In this document: positions 9,032 to 18,548 of the stretch, one piece after another
Position numbering within the stretch: position 1 is the stretch's first letter
Layout: each line of letters begins with the position of its first letter
NCBI GenBank assembly: GCA_040878255.1
Contig: JBBDMO010000008.1
Coordinates: 1 to 43,822 of the forward strand
DNA: 43,822 bases
Direction of reading: 5' to 3'
DNA from: Ilumatobacteraceae bacterium
GTDB lineage: Bacteria > Actinomycetota > Acidimicrobiia > Acidimicrobiales > Ilumatobacteraceae
The notes under the pieces: model-generated
The model's database searches: none
What the model saw: the letters and a program-made list of their open reading frames with translations, nothing else
What the model was told of the DNA's origin: nothing
Program-made: the position numbers and the translations under genes

Positions 9032-10414
9032 TCAGGCGTGCAACAAGTCGCTGAACGCGCGCTCCATGCAGCGCCGCAGCAGTTCCGGCTCGGCCACCGC
9101 GGCCGCGTCGATGTTGATCCCCATGTCGAGGCTGTGGTCGTACGACAGCAGCGTCAGGTTGAATGCCACGCCGCCCAGCGGGCCAACGGGATAGTTCTCG
9201 AGGATCTGCGCGCCAGCCACGTACAGCGGTATCGGTGCGCCGCGAACGTTCGAGGTCGCGAAGTCGACCGTCTGTGCCTGCTGCTTGGCCAAGCGCGTCA
9301 CCACCGAGGTGGGCAGCGTCGCCGCCAGCGCAGCGAGCGCTTCGAGCGATCCGCCGGCCGACGCCTCGCGAGCGGCTCCTGTGGCCGCCTGGATCAGGCC
9401 AAACCGCTCACCGATCGGCATGTCGGCGGTGGGCACCATCATGCGGGCCAGCGAGAACGCGTTCGAGCCGGACGCGTCGGTGCGGGTACTGACGGCCATG
9501 CTGGCCCTGAGGTGGTCGACCGGTGTGCCGAGCTCGCGGTGATAGCACCCGGCTGCTTCGGCCGCCGCCGTGAGGAACGCCGTGTTCAGGGTGCCGCCCA
9601 GTGCCTTGGCCGCAGCCCGCGTCTCGTCGAACGGCGCACGCAGCACCTCGATACGCCGTTGCAACGACCGCTTGGTCCACAGCGGTGAGTGCGCCTGCTC
9701 GGTGTCGCTGAGCTGACTGACCAGGCCCCTGATCGTGTCGGCCGCGGCGTTGCCTGCATCGGGAATGCCGGTGGGGTCGGCGAGCAGGTCGCGGATCTGG
9801 CGCACGAGGCCGAGCGGCACACGCAGGCTGCCGGCGATCATGTCGCGCAACAGATCCTGGTTGGCCACCGGGTCGGGCTCGGGCGTCGCCCGCTCACCTG
9901 GCACGACCTCGTCGGGTTCGGGCACGTTGCGCTCGAAGTCGAGGAACTGCAGCGACATCACCACGCTGGTCTCACCGTCGGCGATCGTGTGGTGCAGCTT
10001 CTCGATCAGCGCCGACCGTCCCCCGCGAAGGCCGTCGACCACCACGAACTGCCACAGCGGGCGCGTTCGCTCGAACGGGTCGCAGGCGATCAGGCTGGCG
10101 AGGTCGAGCAGTTGGCGCATCGAACCGGGCTTCGGGAGTGCCATGTGGCGGACGTGGTAGCGGATGTCGAAGTTCGGGTCGTCCACCCACATCGGTGCCG
10201 TCAGGTTCACCGGCATCGGCTGCACCCGCTGGCGGAGGCGTTCGACGACGTGTGTGGCGCGCTCCATGCGGCGCACCAGTTGCTCGAAGTCAGGCGGTCG
10301 ATCGAGGATCGTGACGTTCGCGAACGCACTCGACAGGTGCGGATCTTTCTCGAGTCGCCACATCAGGCCCTCGGCGTCGCTCATCTTGCGCTCGAAGTGC
10401 GGGAACTCGGCCAT
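9032..10414 (-). CDS. wax ester synthase / acyl-CoA:diacylglycerol acyltransferase (WS/DGAT)
   Basis: 460 aa with the HHTIADG (HHxxxDG) active-site motif. The overall length and layout fit actinobacterial WS/DGAT enzymes. Confidence 0.85.
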   Translation of the reverse strand: MAEFPHFERKMSDAEGLMWRLEKDPHLSSAFANVTILDRPPDFEQLVRRMERATHVVERLRQRVQPMPVNLTAPMWVDDPNFDIRYHVRHMALPKPGSMRQLLDLASLIACDPFERTRPLWQFVVVDGLRGGRSALIEKLHHTIADGETSVVMSLQFLDFERNVPEPDEVVPGERATPEPDPVANQDLLRDMIAGSLRVPLGLVRQIRDLLADPTGIPDAGNAAADTIRGLVSQLSDTEQAHSPLWTKRSLQRRIEVLRAPFDETRAAAKALGGTLNTAFLTAAAEAAGCYHRELGTPVDHLRASMAVSTRTDASGSNAFSLARMMVPTADMPIGERFGLIQAATGAAREASAGGSLEALAALAATLPTSVVTRLAKQQAQTVDFATSNVRGAPIPLYVAGAQILENYPVGPLGGVAFNLTLLSYDHSLDMGINIDAAAVAEPELLRRCMERAFSDLLHA

Positions 10415-10435
10415 GACCGGCGAGGTTACTGCCCC

Positions 10436-11239
10436 TCAGGGCGATGGGCCCGAGGCCGCCACCCATACGTCGACCGTGACGGAGCCGAGCGTGGCTGCGG
10501 CGCCGTGCGCTGCACCCGTCTGCCACTGGAGCGGCGTCATGAAGAACAGGTCGTGCGCGGTGGCTGGTGTGAGCGTGAGCTGCATCTCGAGATGGTGCGC
10601 GGTGGCAGCGCCCTCGGGCGGCTCGGCGCGGCGACGGCGGCGCTCGACCGCCTTGTCGTCGGCGGTTCCCTCGAACGCCGGGCGCATCTCGTGCAGGTGC
10701 ATCGGGCCCGGCGTCACCGTCACCCACCGACCACCGGATGTCAGCACGCGGTGCATCTCGGCCTCGGGGTGCGGGGCGAAGACCGACATCACGACCGCCA
10801 CCGATGCGTCGAGCACGGGCATGCGATACGCGGAGGCGACGACGAACTCGGCATCGGGCAGCAGGCGACTCGCCATCTGCACGGCCTTCTTGGAGATGTC
10901 GATGCCGAACCTGCGGGTGGCCCGGATGTGGCTCAGGTACCAGCCCTCACCGCAGCCGATGTCGAGGACCGGCGCGTCGACCTCGCCCACCACGTCCGCC
11001 ACCGCCGCCGCGATCGGGCCGTACGAGCCGGAGGACAGGAACCGGCGTCGAGCCGCCAGCGCATCGGGTGTGTCACCGGCGACCGTGTTCGGCCCGAGCC
11101 GTCCCCCGACGAGCAGGTTGAGGTGCCCGTCGCGGGCACGGTCGAACGAATGGCCGTTCGCACATGCGCCACCGGCCGTTGTGCGTTCGAGCATGAGACC
11201 GCAGTGCGGACACGCCCACACCGGTGCCGGCGGGCTCAT
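10436..11239 (-). CDS. rlmA: 23S rRNA (guanine-N1)-methyltransferase, RlmA family
   Basis: 267 aa from ATG 11239. It has an N-terminal zinc motif (CPHCG...CANGH), FDRARDGHLNLL, and the SAM motif VLDIGCGEGWY. It can be aligned by eye to E. coli RlmA along its whole length. Confidence 0.75.
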   Translation of the reverse strand: MSPPAPVWACPHCGLMLERTTAGGACANGHSFDRARDGHLNLLVGGRLGPNTVAGDTPDALAARRRFLSSGSYGPIAAAVADVVGEVDAPVLDIGCGEGWYLSHIRATRRFGIDISKKAVQMASRLLPDAEFVVASAYRMPVLDASVAVVMSVFAPHPEAEMHRVLTSGGRWVTVTPGPMHLHEMRPAFEGTADDKAVERRRRRAEPPEGAATAHHLEMQLTLTPATAHDLFFMTPLQWQTGAAHGAAATLGSVTVDVWVAASGPSP

Positions 11240-11787
11240 CGGAGCAGGTCGGCTGCGCCCGACAGCAGGGCCACCTGGGCGAGCACAAGACCAACCACCA
11301 TGCCGCCCACCACGTCGGAGGGGTGGTGGATGCGGACAACGGCACGGCTGGTGGCGACCACCAACGCGATCGCGAACCACAGCGGCGCCCACGCCCAGCT
11401 CGACCACACGGTGAGCAGCGACGCTGCGAAGAACGCGGAGGACGCATGACCGCTGGGGAAGCTCGACGTGCGCGGCTTGCGGACCTGGAACCGCGGGTCG
11501 CCCGTCTCGGTGGGGCGGGTGCGGCGGAAAAGGCGCTTGATGCCCTGATTCACCACGAGGCTCTCGACCCCGATGAGCGCGCTGAACAGCAATGCCTCGC
11601 GCCAGTCGCGACGGATGCCGAGGCCATAAGCCCAACCGATGACCTGCCAGACGAGGCTGAAGTCGCCGACCTCGCTGGCCCAGTGGAACACCCGGTCGAC
11701 ACCTCGCCGGTCTCGCCATGGTTCGAGTGCGGCGTCGACGCGCTGATCGAACGCGGCGACTCGGCCACCGCCGACACCCTGGGTCAT
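11236..11787 (-). CDS. PAP2 family phosphatase (phosphatidic acid phosphatase type 2)
   Basis: Carries the three PAP2 motifs: KRLFRRTRP, PSGH and SRAVVRIHHPSD. I chose the ATG at 11787 because it overlaps the upstream stop as ATGA. Its own stop overlaps the rlmA start as ATGA. Confidence 0.8.
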   Translation of the reverse strand: MTQGVGGGRVAAFDQRVDAALEPWRDRRGVDRVFHWASEVGDFSLVWQVIGWAYGLGIRRDWREALLFSALIGVESLVVNQGIKRLFRRTRPTETGDPRFQVRKPRTSSFPSGHASSAFFAASLLTVWSSWAWAPLWFAIALVVATSRAVVRIHHPSDVVGGMVVGLVLAQVALLSGAADLLR

Positions 11788-12605
11788 GTTGCCGGGCGAG
11801 CCAGCGCCAGCGGTGCCTCGGCAGCCGCCTTCGACGGGTCGCCGCCGAAGGCCGGGCACCACGCCTGGAACGAGCAGTAGTTGCAGAGCGGCCCCTGGCG
11901 CGGCCGGAAGTCACCGGTGATGCAGGCCCGCTCGACCGCTTTGAATACCGCCGTGGTACGGGTGGTGAGGAACTTCACCGACTGCTCGGTGGGGGTGGCC
12001 GTGATGGTCTCACCCGAGCGCAGGTACATCAGGCGAATGGCGGCTGGCCGACGCCCGAGCACCGATTCACACAGGAACGAGTAGAAGTGCACCCCGCCGA
12101 GGCGTCCCTGCTGGTTGCGCTCGTTCGGGGCCCTGCCGGTCTTGTAGTCGGTGACGACGAGGTCACCGTGTTCGTCGAGATCGAGTCGGTCGATGATGCC
12201 ACGCAACATCAGGTCTCCGACCGGTGCTTCGAGACGCAGCTCGAGCCCGATGTCGCGCACCTGGGTGGGGTCCTCCATGCGCAGGTACGACTCGACCAGA
12301 GTCCACGCATCGGCGTGGAAGACGGTGCGCTCGTCGGCCGAGAGGCCGAGGCCGGTGAACTCGGGATCGCTGTCGTACTCGAGGCACGCCTGCTGGAACG
12401 ACGTCTGCAGGGCATCACCCAGCCGGTCTGCGGCGGGGTGCATGAACAACAGCTCGAGCGCACGGTGCACGAGCGACCCCTTGGTGGCCTGCGGGCCGGG
12501 TGCCTCGGGCAGCTTCTCGATGCTGGCGAACCGGAACGCCATGGGGCACGAGGTGAACGACTCGACCCGGCTGGGCGACAGGCTGGTGGGCACGGGGTAG
12601 GTCAC
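11784..12605 (-). CDS. RecB-family PD-(D/E)XK nuclease with Cas4-like Fe-S cysteines
   Basis: 273 aa with a GTG start. Nuclease motifs are IIDRLD and VVTDYKTG. One N-terminal Cys (SFTSCP) plus the C-terminal CNYCSFQAWC gives the four-Cys pattern seen in Cas4/AddB-type nucleases. Confidence 0.75.
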   Translation of the reverse strand: MTYPVPTSLSPSRVESFTSCPMAFRFASIEKLPEAPGPQATKGSLVHRALELLFMHPAADRLGDALQTSFQQACLEYDSDPEFTGLGLSADERTVFHADAWTLVESYLRMEDPTQVRDIGLELRLEAPVGDLMLRGIIDRLDLDEHGDLVVTDYKTGRAPNERNQQGRLGGVHFYSFLCESVLGRRPAAIRLMYLRSGETITATPTEQSVKFLTTRTTAVFKAVERACITGDFRPRQGPLCNYCSFQAWCPAFGGDPSKAAAEAPLALARPAT

Positions 12606-12657
12606 GGGGCCAGTGTACGAAAGGGGTGCGCGCCGGAAGGGCGATCGCCTGATCCGG

Positions 12658-13494
12658 TCAGCCGAGGAGGAAGTCGGCGATGACCTCGGCCATCTCGGCC
12701 GGATGCGTCATCGGTGCGAAGTGGTCGAACGCCGCCACCTCGAGGTACGTGGCGTTCGGCAGCCGCTCGGCGATGCTCTCGGCGATGTGGGACGGCTGCA
12801 TCTCCTGCACGACGCCCGATACGACCAGCACCGGCACCGTGGTGGCAGGCAGGTCGTCCCAGGTGGCGTGTGTCCCGCCGGTCTCGAACGTCGCTGCCTC
12901 GGTCTCGGGGCGGCACTTCAGGTGCACCTCGCCGTCCTCGCCCGGCGCAAAGCCATATCGCACGTACGCGTCGAGGGCCTCGGGCGTGAACGCCCCCAAT
13001 GGCCGCTTGCGCGCGTAGTTCTCGATCGCTGCCTCGTACGACGGGAACGACGCACGTCGACGACGTGCACCCGCCACGAGCGGGCTGTCGCCACCCCCGG
13101 GACGCAGACCCTCGGGTGGGAACACGATCGGCTCGAACACGACCAGGCGGCTGAACAACGACGGGTCGCGGTGCGCCGCCATCAGCAGGCACGCGCCGCC
13201 CATCGAGTGACCGAACGCCGCGATCGGCCCGTCGAACGACTGCGCCATGGCGACGGCGTCGTCGCCGTACCGGTCCCACACCACGGGTCCGTCGGGCCGC
13301 AGCGTGTCGCCGTGGCCGCGGTAGTCGAACGCGATCGAGTGGAAGCGGTCGGCCAGGGAATGGGCGACCGGCAAGTAGCAGCGCCCGTGGAAGCCGGTGG
13401 CGTGGCTGAGCAGCAGGGTGGGGCCCGACCCACCGAGGTCGTGGACCGCGAGTGAGACGCCGTCGCTCGACGGCACACGCGACGCAGGTGTCAT
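12658..13494 (-). CDS. alpha/beta hydrolase
   Basis: 278 aa from ATG 13494, which overlaps the upstream stop as ATGA. It has an HG oxyanion region (LLLSHATGFHG) and the GHSMGG nucleophile elbow. Confidence 0.85.
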   Translation of the reverse strand: MTPASRVPSSDGVSLAVHDLGGSGPTLLLSHATGFHGRCYLPVAHSLADRFHSIAFDYRGHGDTLRPDGPVVWDRYGDDAVAMAQSFDGPIAAFGHSMGGACLLMAAHRDPSLFSRLVVFEPIVFPPEGLRPGGGDSPLVAGARRRRASFPSYEAAIENYARKRPLGAFTPEALDAYVRYGFAPGEDGEVHLKCRPETEAATFETGGTHATWDDLPATTVPVLVVSGVVQEMQPSHIAESIAERLPNATYLEVAAFDHFAPMTHPAEMAEVIADFLLG

Positions 13495-13775
13495 GGCTTG
13501 TCGCGCTGCTTGCGGCGCCGGCGTACGACCATGGTGAGCAGCCGGTCGAGCAGCACGCCGATGCCGATGGCCACGAGCAACGACCAGCGGATGGTCGTAT
13601 CCCACGTGAAGCCCCACAGTTCGACGGTGGTGGTGGCCCCGTTCTGCAGGAAGAAGATCGCGGCGAGCACGGCAACGATCAGCAGGCCGATCAGCGCCGG
13701 GCTGACCCCGTTCTGGCCGCTGGCCGCCTCGAGGCGCTGCTCGCCGTCCTCACGCTTGGATTCGTGTCCGCTCAT
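13491..13775 (-). CDS. LapA/DUF1049-like small membrane protein
   Basis: 94 aa with two TM helices and a basic C-terminal tail (RRRRKQRDKP). Confidence 0.6.
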   Translation of the reverse strand: MSGHESKREDGEQRLEAASGQNGVSPALIGLLIVAVLAAIFFLQNGATTTVELWGFTWDTTIRWSLLVAIGIGVLLDRLLTMVVRRRRKQRDKP

Positions 13776-13784
13776 GGTCGAACC

Positions 13785-14894
13785 CTAGGCCTTTGGCTCA
13801 CGCGGCAGCCCGAGCAGGCGCTCACCGATGATGTTGCGCTGCACCTGGCTCGTGCCGCCGGCGATGCGGCCACCCGGGGCCGAGAGCATGCCGAATGCGT
13901 CAGGGCCGTCGAGCGTGGCTCCTGCGCCGGCGAGGTCGCCGCGCATCATCGACGTCTCGAACATCATCTCGGTGATGCCGAGCTTCATCAGCGACGCAGC
14001 CGTCGATGCGATCGGGCCCTGGCGCTGCGCCATCGCCTTGTAGCTGTTGCCCTTGGAGATGAGCGCGGCGAGGTGCTGGCGATCGACGGGGGAGAGGGTG
14101 CGACCCTCGGCCAGCCGAGCCATCTGGTCGAGACGCCGTTCGAGGCCGATGATGCTGGTGCCGATGTGGCCGCGCTCGCTGGTGAGCACCGCCATGCCGA
14201 CGCCCCAACCGCCGTGCAGCGGGCCGAGCAGGTTCGACGCCGGGAGGTGGACGTCGGTGAAGAACACCTCGTCGAACTCGGCCTCGCCGGTCATCTGCTT
14301 GAGCGGCCGGATCTCGATGCCGGGCAGATCCATCGGGCACAGGAAGAACGAGATGCCCTCGTGCTTCTTTGCGTCCGGTTCGGTGCGGGCCATCAGGATC
14401 CCCCAGTCGCTGTAGCGACCGCCGCTGCACCACACCTTCTGGCCGTTCACGACGAAGTCGTCGCCATCGCGCTCGGCCTTCGTGCTGAGCCCGCCGAGGT
14501 CGCTGCCCGCACCCGGCTCGCTGAACAGCTGGCACCAGATGCGGTTCGCCTCGACCGTCGGCCGCAGGTGTTCGGCCTGCTGCTCGGGCGTACCGAACCG
14601 CTGCACCGCGCCACCGGTGAGCACGAGCCCGACCATGTTCAGGAACGGCGGCACACCGGCCAGCGCGCACTCGAGCATCCACACCGCGTTGTGGTCGGCG
14701 GTGAGACCCTGACCACCGTGGTCGACCGGCCAGTGGATACCGGCGTACCCGGCGGCATGGAGCCGCCGCTGCCAGTCGGTGCCGTGCTCGATCAGGTCGG
14801 GCGGGCAGATGGCGCCGTAGTCGCGCGGCGCGAACTGGCGGTTGGCTGCGAGCCACTCGCGAGCAGCACCCTGGAAGTCGTCGACCGAGATCAC
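13785..14894 (-). CDS. acyl-CoA dehydrogenase
   Basis: ACAD motifs are present: QLFSEPGAGSDL, DGDDFVVNGQKVWCSG, and the C-terminal GGTSQVQRNIIGERLLGL. The start is uncertain: GTG 14894 is the first canonical in-frame start after the upstream stop. Confidence 0.8.
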   Translation of the reverse strand: MISVDDFQGAAREWLAANRQFAPRDYGAICPPDLIEHGTDWQRRLHAAGYAGIHWPVDHGGQGLTADHNAVWMLECALAGVPPFLNMVGLVLTGGAVQRFGTPEQQAEHLRPTVEANRIWCQLFSEPGAGSDLGGLSTKAERDGDDFVVNGQKVWCSGGRYSDWGILMARTEPDAKKHEGISFFLCPMDLPGIEIRPLKQMTGEAEFDEVFFTDVHLPASNLLGPLHGGWGVGMAVLTSERGHIGTSIIGLERRLDQMARLAEGRTLSPVDRQHLAALISKGNSYKAMAQRQGPIASTAASLMKLGITEMMFETSMMRGDLAGAGATLDGPDAFGMLSAPGGRIAGGTSQVQRNIIGERLLGLPREPKA

Positions 14895-14926
14895 GCGGCG
14901 GACCGTAGCAACCAGGTCGGGGCCCC

Positions 14927-15823
14927 TCAGCCCTGGAAGAAGGGGAGGAACAGCGCCGTCTCCTCGGCCAGGTTGTTCGGCGTTGCGTAGCCGGCCTGGT
15001 CGGTGACGACATCCCAGTTGTCGCGGAGGTCCTCGGGCTGCAGGTCTGCCTTGAAGTAGCCCTTGGTCTCGCCGATGAACACGTGCGCCACGCGACCGCC
15101 ACCCACCGAGAACACCTGGCCGCTGACCGGGCAGTCCTCGTGGGCCAGGTACGTGACGATGGGCGACACGAGGCCCGGGTCGAGCTTGTCGCCGAGGGCA
15201 CCCATCATCGTCTCGGTCATGCGCGTGAGCGCGAGCGGAGCGATGGCGTTGGCCTTGATGTTGTACTTGGCGCCTTCGACGGCGAGCACGCGGGTGAAGC
15301 CCACGAGACCCATCTTCGCTGCGCCGTAGTTGGTCTGGCCGAAGTTGCCGAACACGCCCGCTGCGGACGAGGTCGAGATGATGCGGCCGTAGCCCTTCTC
15401 GCGCATGATCTGCCACGCGGGCTGGGTGACGTAGAACGCGCCCTTCAGGTGGACGTCGAGGACCGGGTTCAGCAGGTCGGGCTCCATGTTGTGGAAGGCC
15501 TTGTCGCGCAGGATGCCGGCGTTGTTGATGACGATGTCGACCGTGCCGTAGGCGTCGACCGCTGTCTGGACGATGGCCTTGCCACCCTCGGGTGTCGACA
15601 CGCTGTTCGCGTCACCCACGGCCTCGCCGCCCAGCGCCCTGATCTCGTCGACCACCCGCTCAGCCGCGCCCTTGTCGCTGCCGCTGCCGTCGATGGAACC
15701 GCCGAGGTCGTTCACCACGACCAGCGCACCGCGCGAGGCCAGCAGCAGCGCGTGCTGCCGTCCGAGGCCCCCGCCCGCACCCGTGATGATCGCTACCTTG
15801 CCGTCGAAACCGAGTTCACTCAT
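14927..15823 (-). CDS. SDR family oxidoreductase, HSD17B4 / 3-hydroxyacyl-CoA dehydrogenase-like
   Basis: Contains ITGAGGGLGR, NNAGILRD and YGAAKMG (YxxxK). Length and sequence resemble the dehydrogenase domain of multifunctional enzyme type 2. Confidence 0.85.
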   Translation of the reverse strand: MSELGFDGKVAIITGAGGGLGRQHALLLASRGALVVVNDLGGSIDGSGSDKGAAERVVDEIRALGGEAVGDANSVSTPEGGKAIVQTAVDAYGTVDIVINNAGILRDKAFHNMEPDLLNPVLDVHLKGAFYVTQPAWQIMREKGYGRIISTSSAAGVFGNFGQTNYGAAKMGLVGFTRVLAVEGAKYNIKANAIAPLALTRMTETMMGALGDKLDPGLVSPIVTYLAHEDCPVSGQVFSVGGGRVAHVFIGETKGYFKADLQPEDLRDNWDVVTDQAGYATPNNLAEETALFLPFFQG

Positions 15824-15831
15824 GGCGAGTG

Positions 15832-15837
15832 ACGCTA
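15832..15837 (-). promoter_or_regulatory. -10-like hexamer TAGCGT, 8 nt upstream of the SDR ATG at 15823
   Basis: The minus strand reads GAGTAGCGTcactcgccATG. It lies in the 111-nt gap after dapD. Confidence 0.3.
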
Positions 15838-15934
15838 CTCAGGTGCCTTTCGCGGTGTCGATTCCGCTCGGGCACACACGCAGGACCCACCGAGACCCAT
15901 TCGTACACTGCCGGCATGGACGACATCGAGGAGG

Positions 15935-16867
15935 TCAGTCGTTCGAGTGCAACGTGGTGTTCAAACCGCCCCACGAGGTCGAGCGGGGGAGTGCTTCGAC
16001 CGCACCGGTTCGGCTGTTGCGCCGGAACAGCAAGCCACTCGCGCCGCTGAGCTGGCGGGCCTTGACTTCTCGGACACCCTCGGGATCGTGCAACGCGACC
16101 AGGGTGCCTGCGGTGACGTAGAGCCCGGCCTCGACCACGCACTCGTCGCCGAGGCTGATGCCGATGCCGGACTCGGCCCCGAGCAGGCAGCGTTCCCCGA
16201 TGGTGATCTGCTCGGTGCCGCCCCCCGACAGGGTGCCCATGATCGACGCGCCGCCACCGATGTCGCTGCCGTCGCCGACGACGACACCGGCCGAGATGCG
16301 GCCCTCGACCATCGAGGTGCCGAGCGTGCCGGCATTGAAGTTCACGAAGCCCTCGTGCATCACGGTGGTGCCGCTGGCCAGGTGTGCGCCCAGGCGCACA
16401 CGGTCGGCATCGGCGATGCGAACACCGGTGGGCACCACGTAGTCGGTCATGCGCGGGAACTTGTCGACGCCGTGCACGGTGAGGATGTCGCCGTTGCTGC
16501 GGAGCCGCCAACGCGCCTCGTCGACACGATCGATCGGTACCGGGCCGACGTTCGTCCACGCCACGTTGGCGAGGAGGCCGAAGATGCCGTCGAGGTTCTG
16601 GACACGAGGCTGCGCGAGGCGTGACGACAGCAGGTGCAGCCGCAGGTACGCATCGCCAGCCGATGCCGGTGCGACGGTGGTGTCGATGCTCAGCTCGACG
16701 GTGCGCACGGTGACACCACGGATGTCGTCGGTGCGTTCGCCGCTCGCCCAGTGCCTGGTCGGTTCGGCCGGCATGTCGCCGAGGCCGAGCTCACCGAACC
16801 AGGTGTCGAGCACCGTGCCGTCGGTGGCGATCGTGGCGAGGCCGCGGCCCCAGGCAGACGTGCTCAT
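15935..16867 (-). CDS. dapD: 2,3,4,5-tetrahydropyridine-2,6-dicarboxylate N-succinyltransferase (actinobacterial type)
   Basis: 310 aa from ATG 16867. As I recall it, the protein is near-collinear with M. tuberculosis DapD ([54 protein letters not shown]). The track ORF 15935..17932 is an artefactual fusion. Confidence 0.9.
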   Translation of the reverse strand: MSTSAWGRGLATIATDGTVLDTWFGELGLGDMPAEPTRHWASGERTDDIRGVTVRTVELSIDTTVAPASAGDAYLRLHLLSSRLAQPRVQNLDGIFGLLANVAWTNVGPVPIDRVDEARWRLRSNGDILTVHGVDKFPRMTDYVVPTGVRIADADRVRLGAHLASGTTVMHEGFVNFNAGTLGTSMVEGRISAGVVVGDGSDIGGGASIMGTLSGGGTEQITIGERCLLGAESGIGISLGDECVVEAGLYVTAGTLVALHDPEGVREVKARQLSGASGLLFRRNSRTGAVEALPRSTSWGGLNTTLHSND

Positions 16868-18429
16868 TCCCAGACCTCCGGGCGCAGCGTGGGGAACAGG
16901 ATGACCTCTTTGATGGAGGTGACGCCGGCGAGCAGCATGGCCACGCGGTCCATGCCGATGCCGAGGCCACCGGTGGGTGGCATGCCGTACTCGAGTGCAC
17001 GCAGATAGTCCTCGTCGACGGTGCCGCGTTCGGCGTCGCCGGCGTCCTTGGCCACCTGTTCGTGCTCGAAGCGGAAGCGCTGTTCGACCGGGTCGTTCAG
17101 CTCGCTGTAACCGTTCGCGAGCTCGCGCCCGCCGACGAACAACTCGAACCGCTCGGTCAGGAACGGGTCGGTGCGATCGGTGCGGGCCAGCGGCGAGATC
17201 TCGACCGGGTGGCCGGTGACGAACGTCGGCTGCACGAGTGCGTGCTCGGCCGTTGCCTCGAACAGCTCCTCGATGATCTTGCCGGAGCCCCAGCGCGGGT
17301 TGCAGCTGACGCCGTGCTCGGCGGCGATCGCGCGCAGTTGCTCGACCGGCTGCGACGGGTGGACCTCGACACCGATTGCCTCGTGGACGAGGTCGACCAT
17401 GCGCGCTCGGCGCCACGGCTGGGCGAGATCGACCGTCTCGTCGACACCGTTCTGGGCGTGGATCGTGACGACCGAGGTGCCGGTGGCGGCGATGGCGGCG
17501 TTGGTGATGAGCACCTCGGTGATGTCGATCATCTCGGAGTAGTCGGCGAACGCCTGGTAGAGCTCCATCATCGTGAACTCGGGGTTGTGCCGGGGGCTGA
17601 TGCCCTCGTTGCGGAAGATGCGTCCGATCTCGAAGACCCGCTCCATACCACCGACGATGAGCCGCTTCAGGTGCAGCTCGAGGGCGATGCGAAGGTAGAG
17701 CTGCATGTCGAGCGTGTTGTGGTGGGTGAGGAATGGACGGGCATGCGCGCCGCCGGCCTCCATGTGCAGCACGGGCGTCTCGACCTCGATGAAACCCCGG
17801 TCGTGGAGGGTGCGACGGAAGCTCGAGATGGTCTCGTGGCGCACCCGGAACGCCCGACGCGCGTCCTCGTTCACGATGAGGTCGGCGTAGCGCTGACGGA
17901 AGCGCGTGTCGGTGTCGGTGAGGCCGTGCCATTTGTCGGGCATGGGGCGCACCGCCTTCGACAGCAGTTGGAACGATGTCACCTTGATGCTGAGCTCGCC
18001 CTTGCGGGTGGTCATGACGGTGCCGGTGACACCGACCCAGTCGCCGAGGTCGAGGCCTCCGAAGTCGGCGAACGCGTCGTCGCCGATGACAGCCCGCGAG
18101 ACGAAGAGTTGTAGGTCGCCGGATCGGTCGCGCATGGTGGCGAAGATCAACTTGCCCTGCTCGCGGATGAGCATGACGCGACCGGCCACGTCGACCTCGA
18201 CCTCGGTCTCGGAGCCGGGCTCGAGCTCGCCGTGCTGAGTGCGCACCTCATCGAGGGTGTGGCTCCGGTCGAACCGGTATGGGTATGGCTCGACCCCCTG
18301 CGCACGCAAGTCGTCGAGCTTCCCGAGTCGCTTGGCCTTCTCGGCCGCAAGACCTCGAGCAGCGCTCGCCACCTCGTCGGCTGCTGGCCCGGTCTCGCCG
18401 GTCGGATCGGTCGTCGGTGCGTCGCTCAC
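16864..18429 (-). CDS. lysS: lysine--tRNA ligase, class II
   Basis: 521 aa with a GTG start. It has an OB-fold N-domain and class II motifs ([21 protein letters not shown]). Confidence 0.95.
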   Translation of the reverse strand: MSDAPTTDPTGETGPAADEVASAARGLAAEKAKRLGKLDDLRAQGVEPYPYRFDRSHTLDEVRTQHGELEPGSETEVEVDVAGRVMLIREQGKLIFATMRDRSGDLQLFVSRAVIGDDAFADFGGLDLGDWVGVTGTVMTTRKGELSIKVTSFQLLSKAVRPMPDKWHGLTDTDTRFRQRYADLIVNEDARRAFRVRHETISSFRRTLHDRGFIEVETPVLHMEAGGAHARPFLTHHNTLDMQLYLRIALELHLKRLIVGGMERVFEIGRIFRNEGISPRHNPEFTMMELYQAFADYSEMIDITEVLITNAAIAATGTSVVTIHAQNGVDETVDLAQPWRRARMVDLVHEAIGVEVHPSQPVEQLRAIAAEHGVSCNPRWGSGKIIEELFEATAEHALVQPTFVTGHPVEISPLARTDRTDPFLTERFELFVGGRELANGYSELNDPVEQRFRFEHEQVAKDAGDAERGTVDEDYLRALEYGMPPTGGLGIGMDRVAMLLAGVTSIKEVILFPTLRPEVWE

Positions 18430-18434
18430 AGTCG

Positions 18435-18467
18435 CATGACGGTAGCGGGTGACCGGCCCCCGTCATG
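18435..18467. promoter_or_regulatory. inverted repeat CATGACGG-N17-CCGTCATG in the lysS / M15 peptidase divergent region
   Basis: The perfect 8-bp arms are at 18435-18442 and 18460-18467. The left arm overlaps the putative lysS -10. Confidence 0.3.
18439..18444 (-). promoter_or_regulatory. -10-like hexamer TACCGT, 9 nt upstream of the lysS GTG
   Basis: The minus strand reads GCTACCGTcatgcgactGTG. The hexamer lies inside the 8-bp inverted repeat at 18435..18467. Confidence 0.3.
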
Positions 18468-18548
18468 GGTGGATTGGCCACCGCGGGCGGGGGCGAACGA
18501 CCCGTGCACTCATCCGCTGGTAGGTTCGGCCGGGTTGGAGGCCGACCT

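Noticed and set aside
18430-18548. Possible cyclic-di-AMP (ydaO-type) riboswitch upstream of the cell-wall peptidase, as seen upstream of some actinobacterial wall hydrolases.
   Set aside because: I could not find the conserved ydaO core segments as I recall them. The 119-nt region is also shared with the lysS promoter. An Rfam scan would be needed to exclude it formally.
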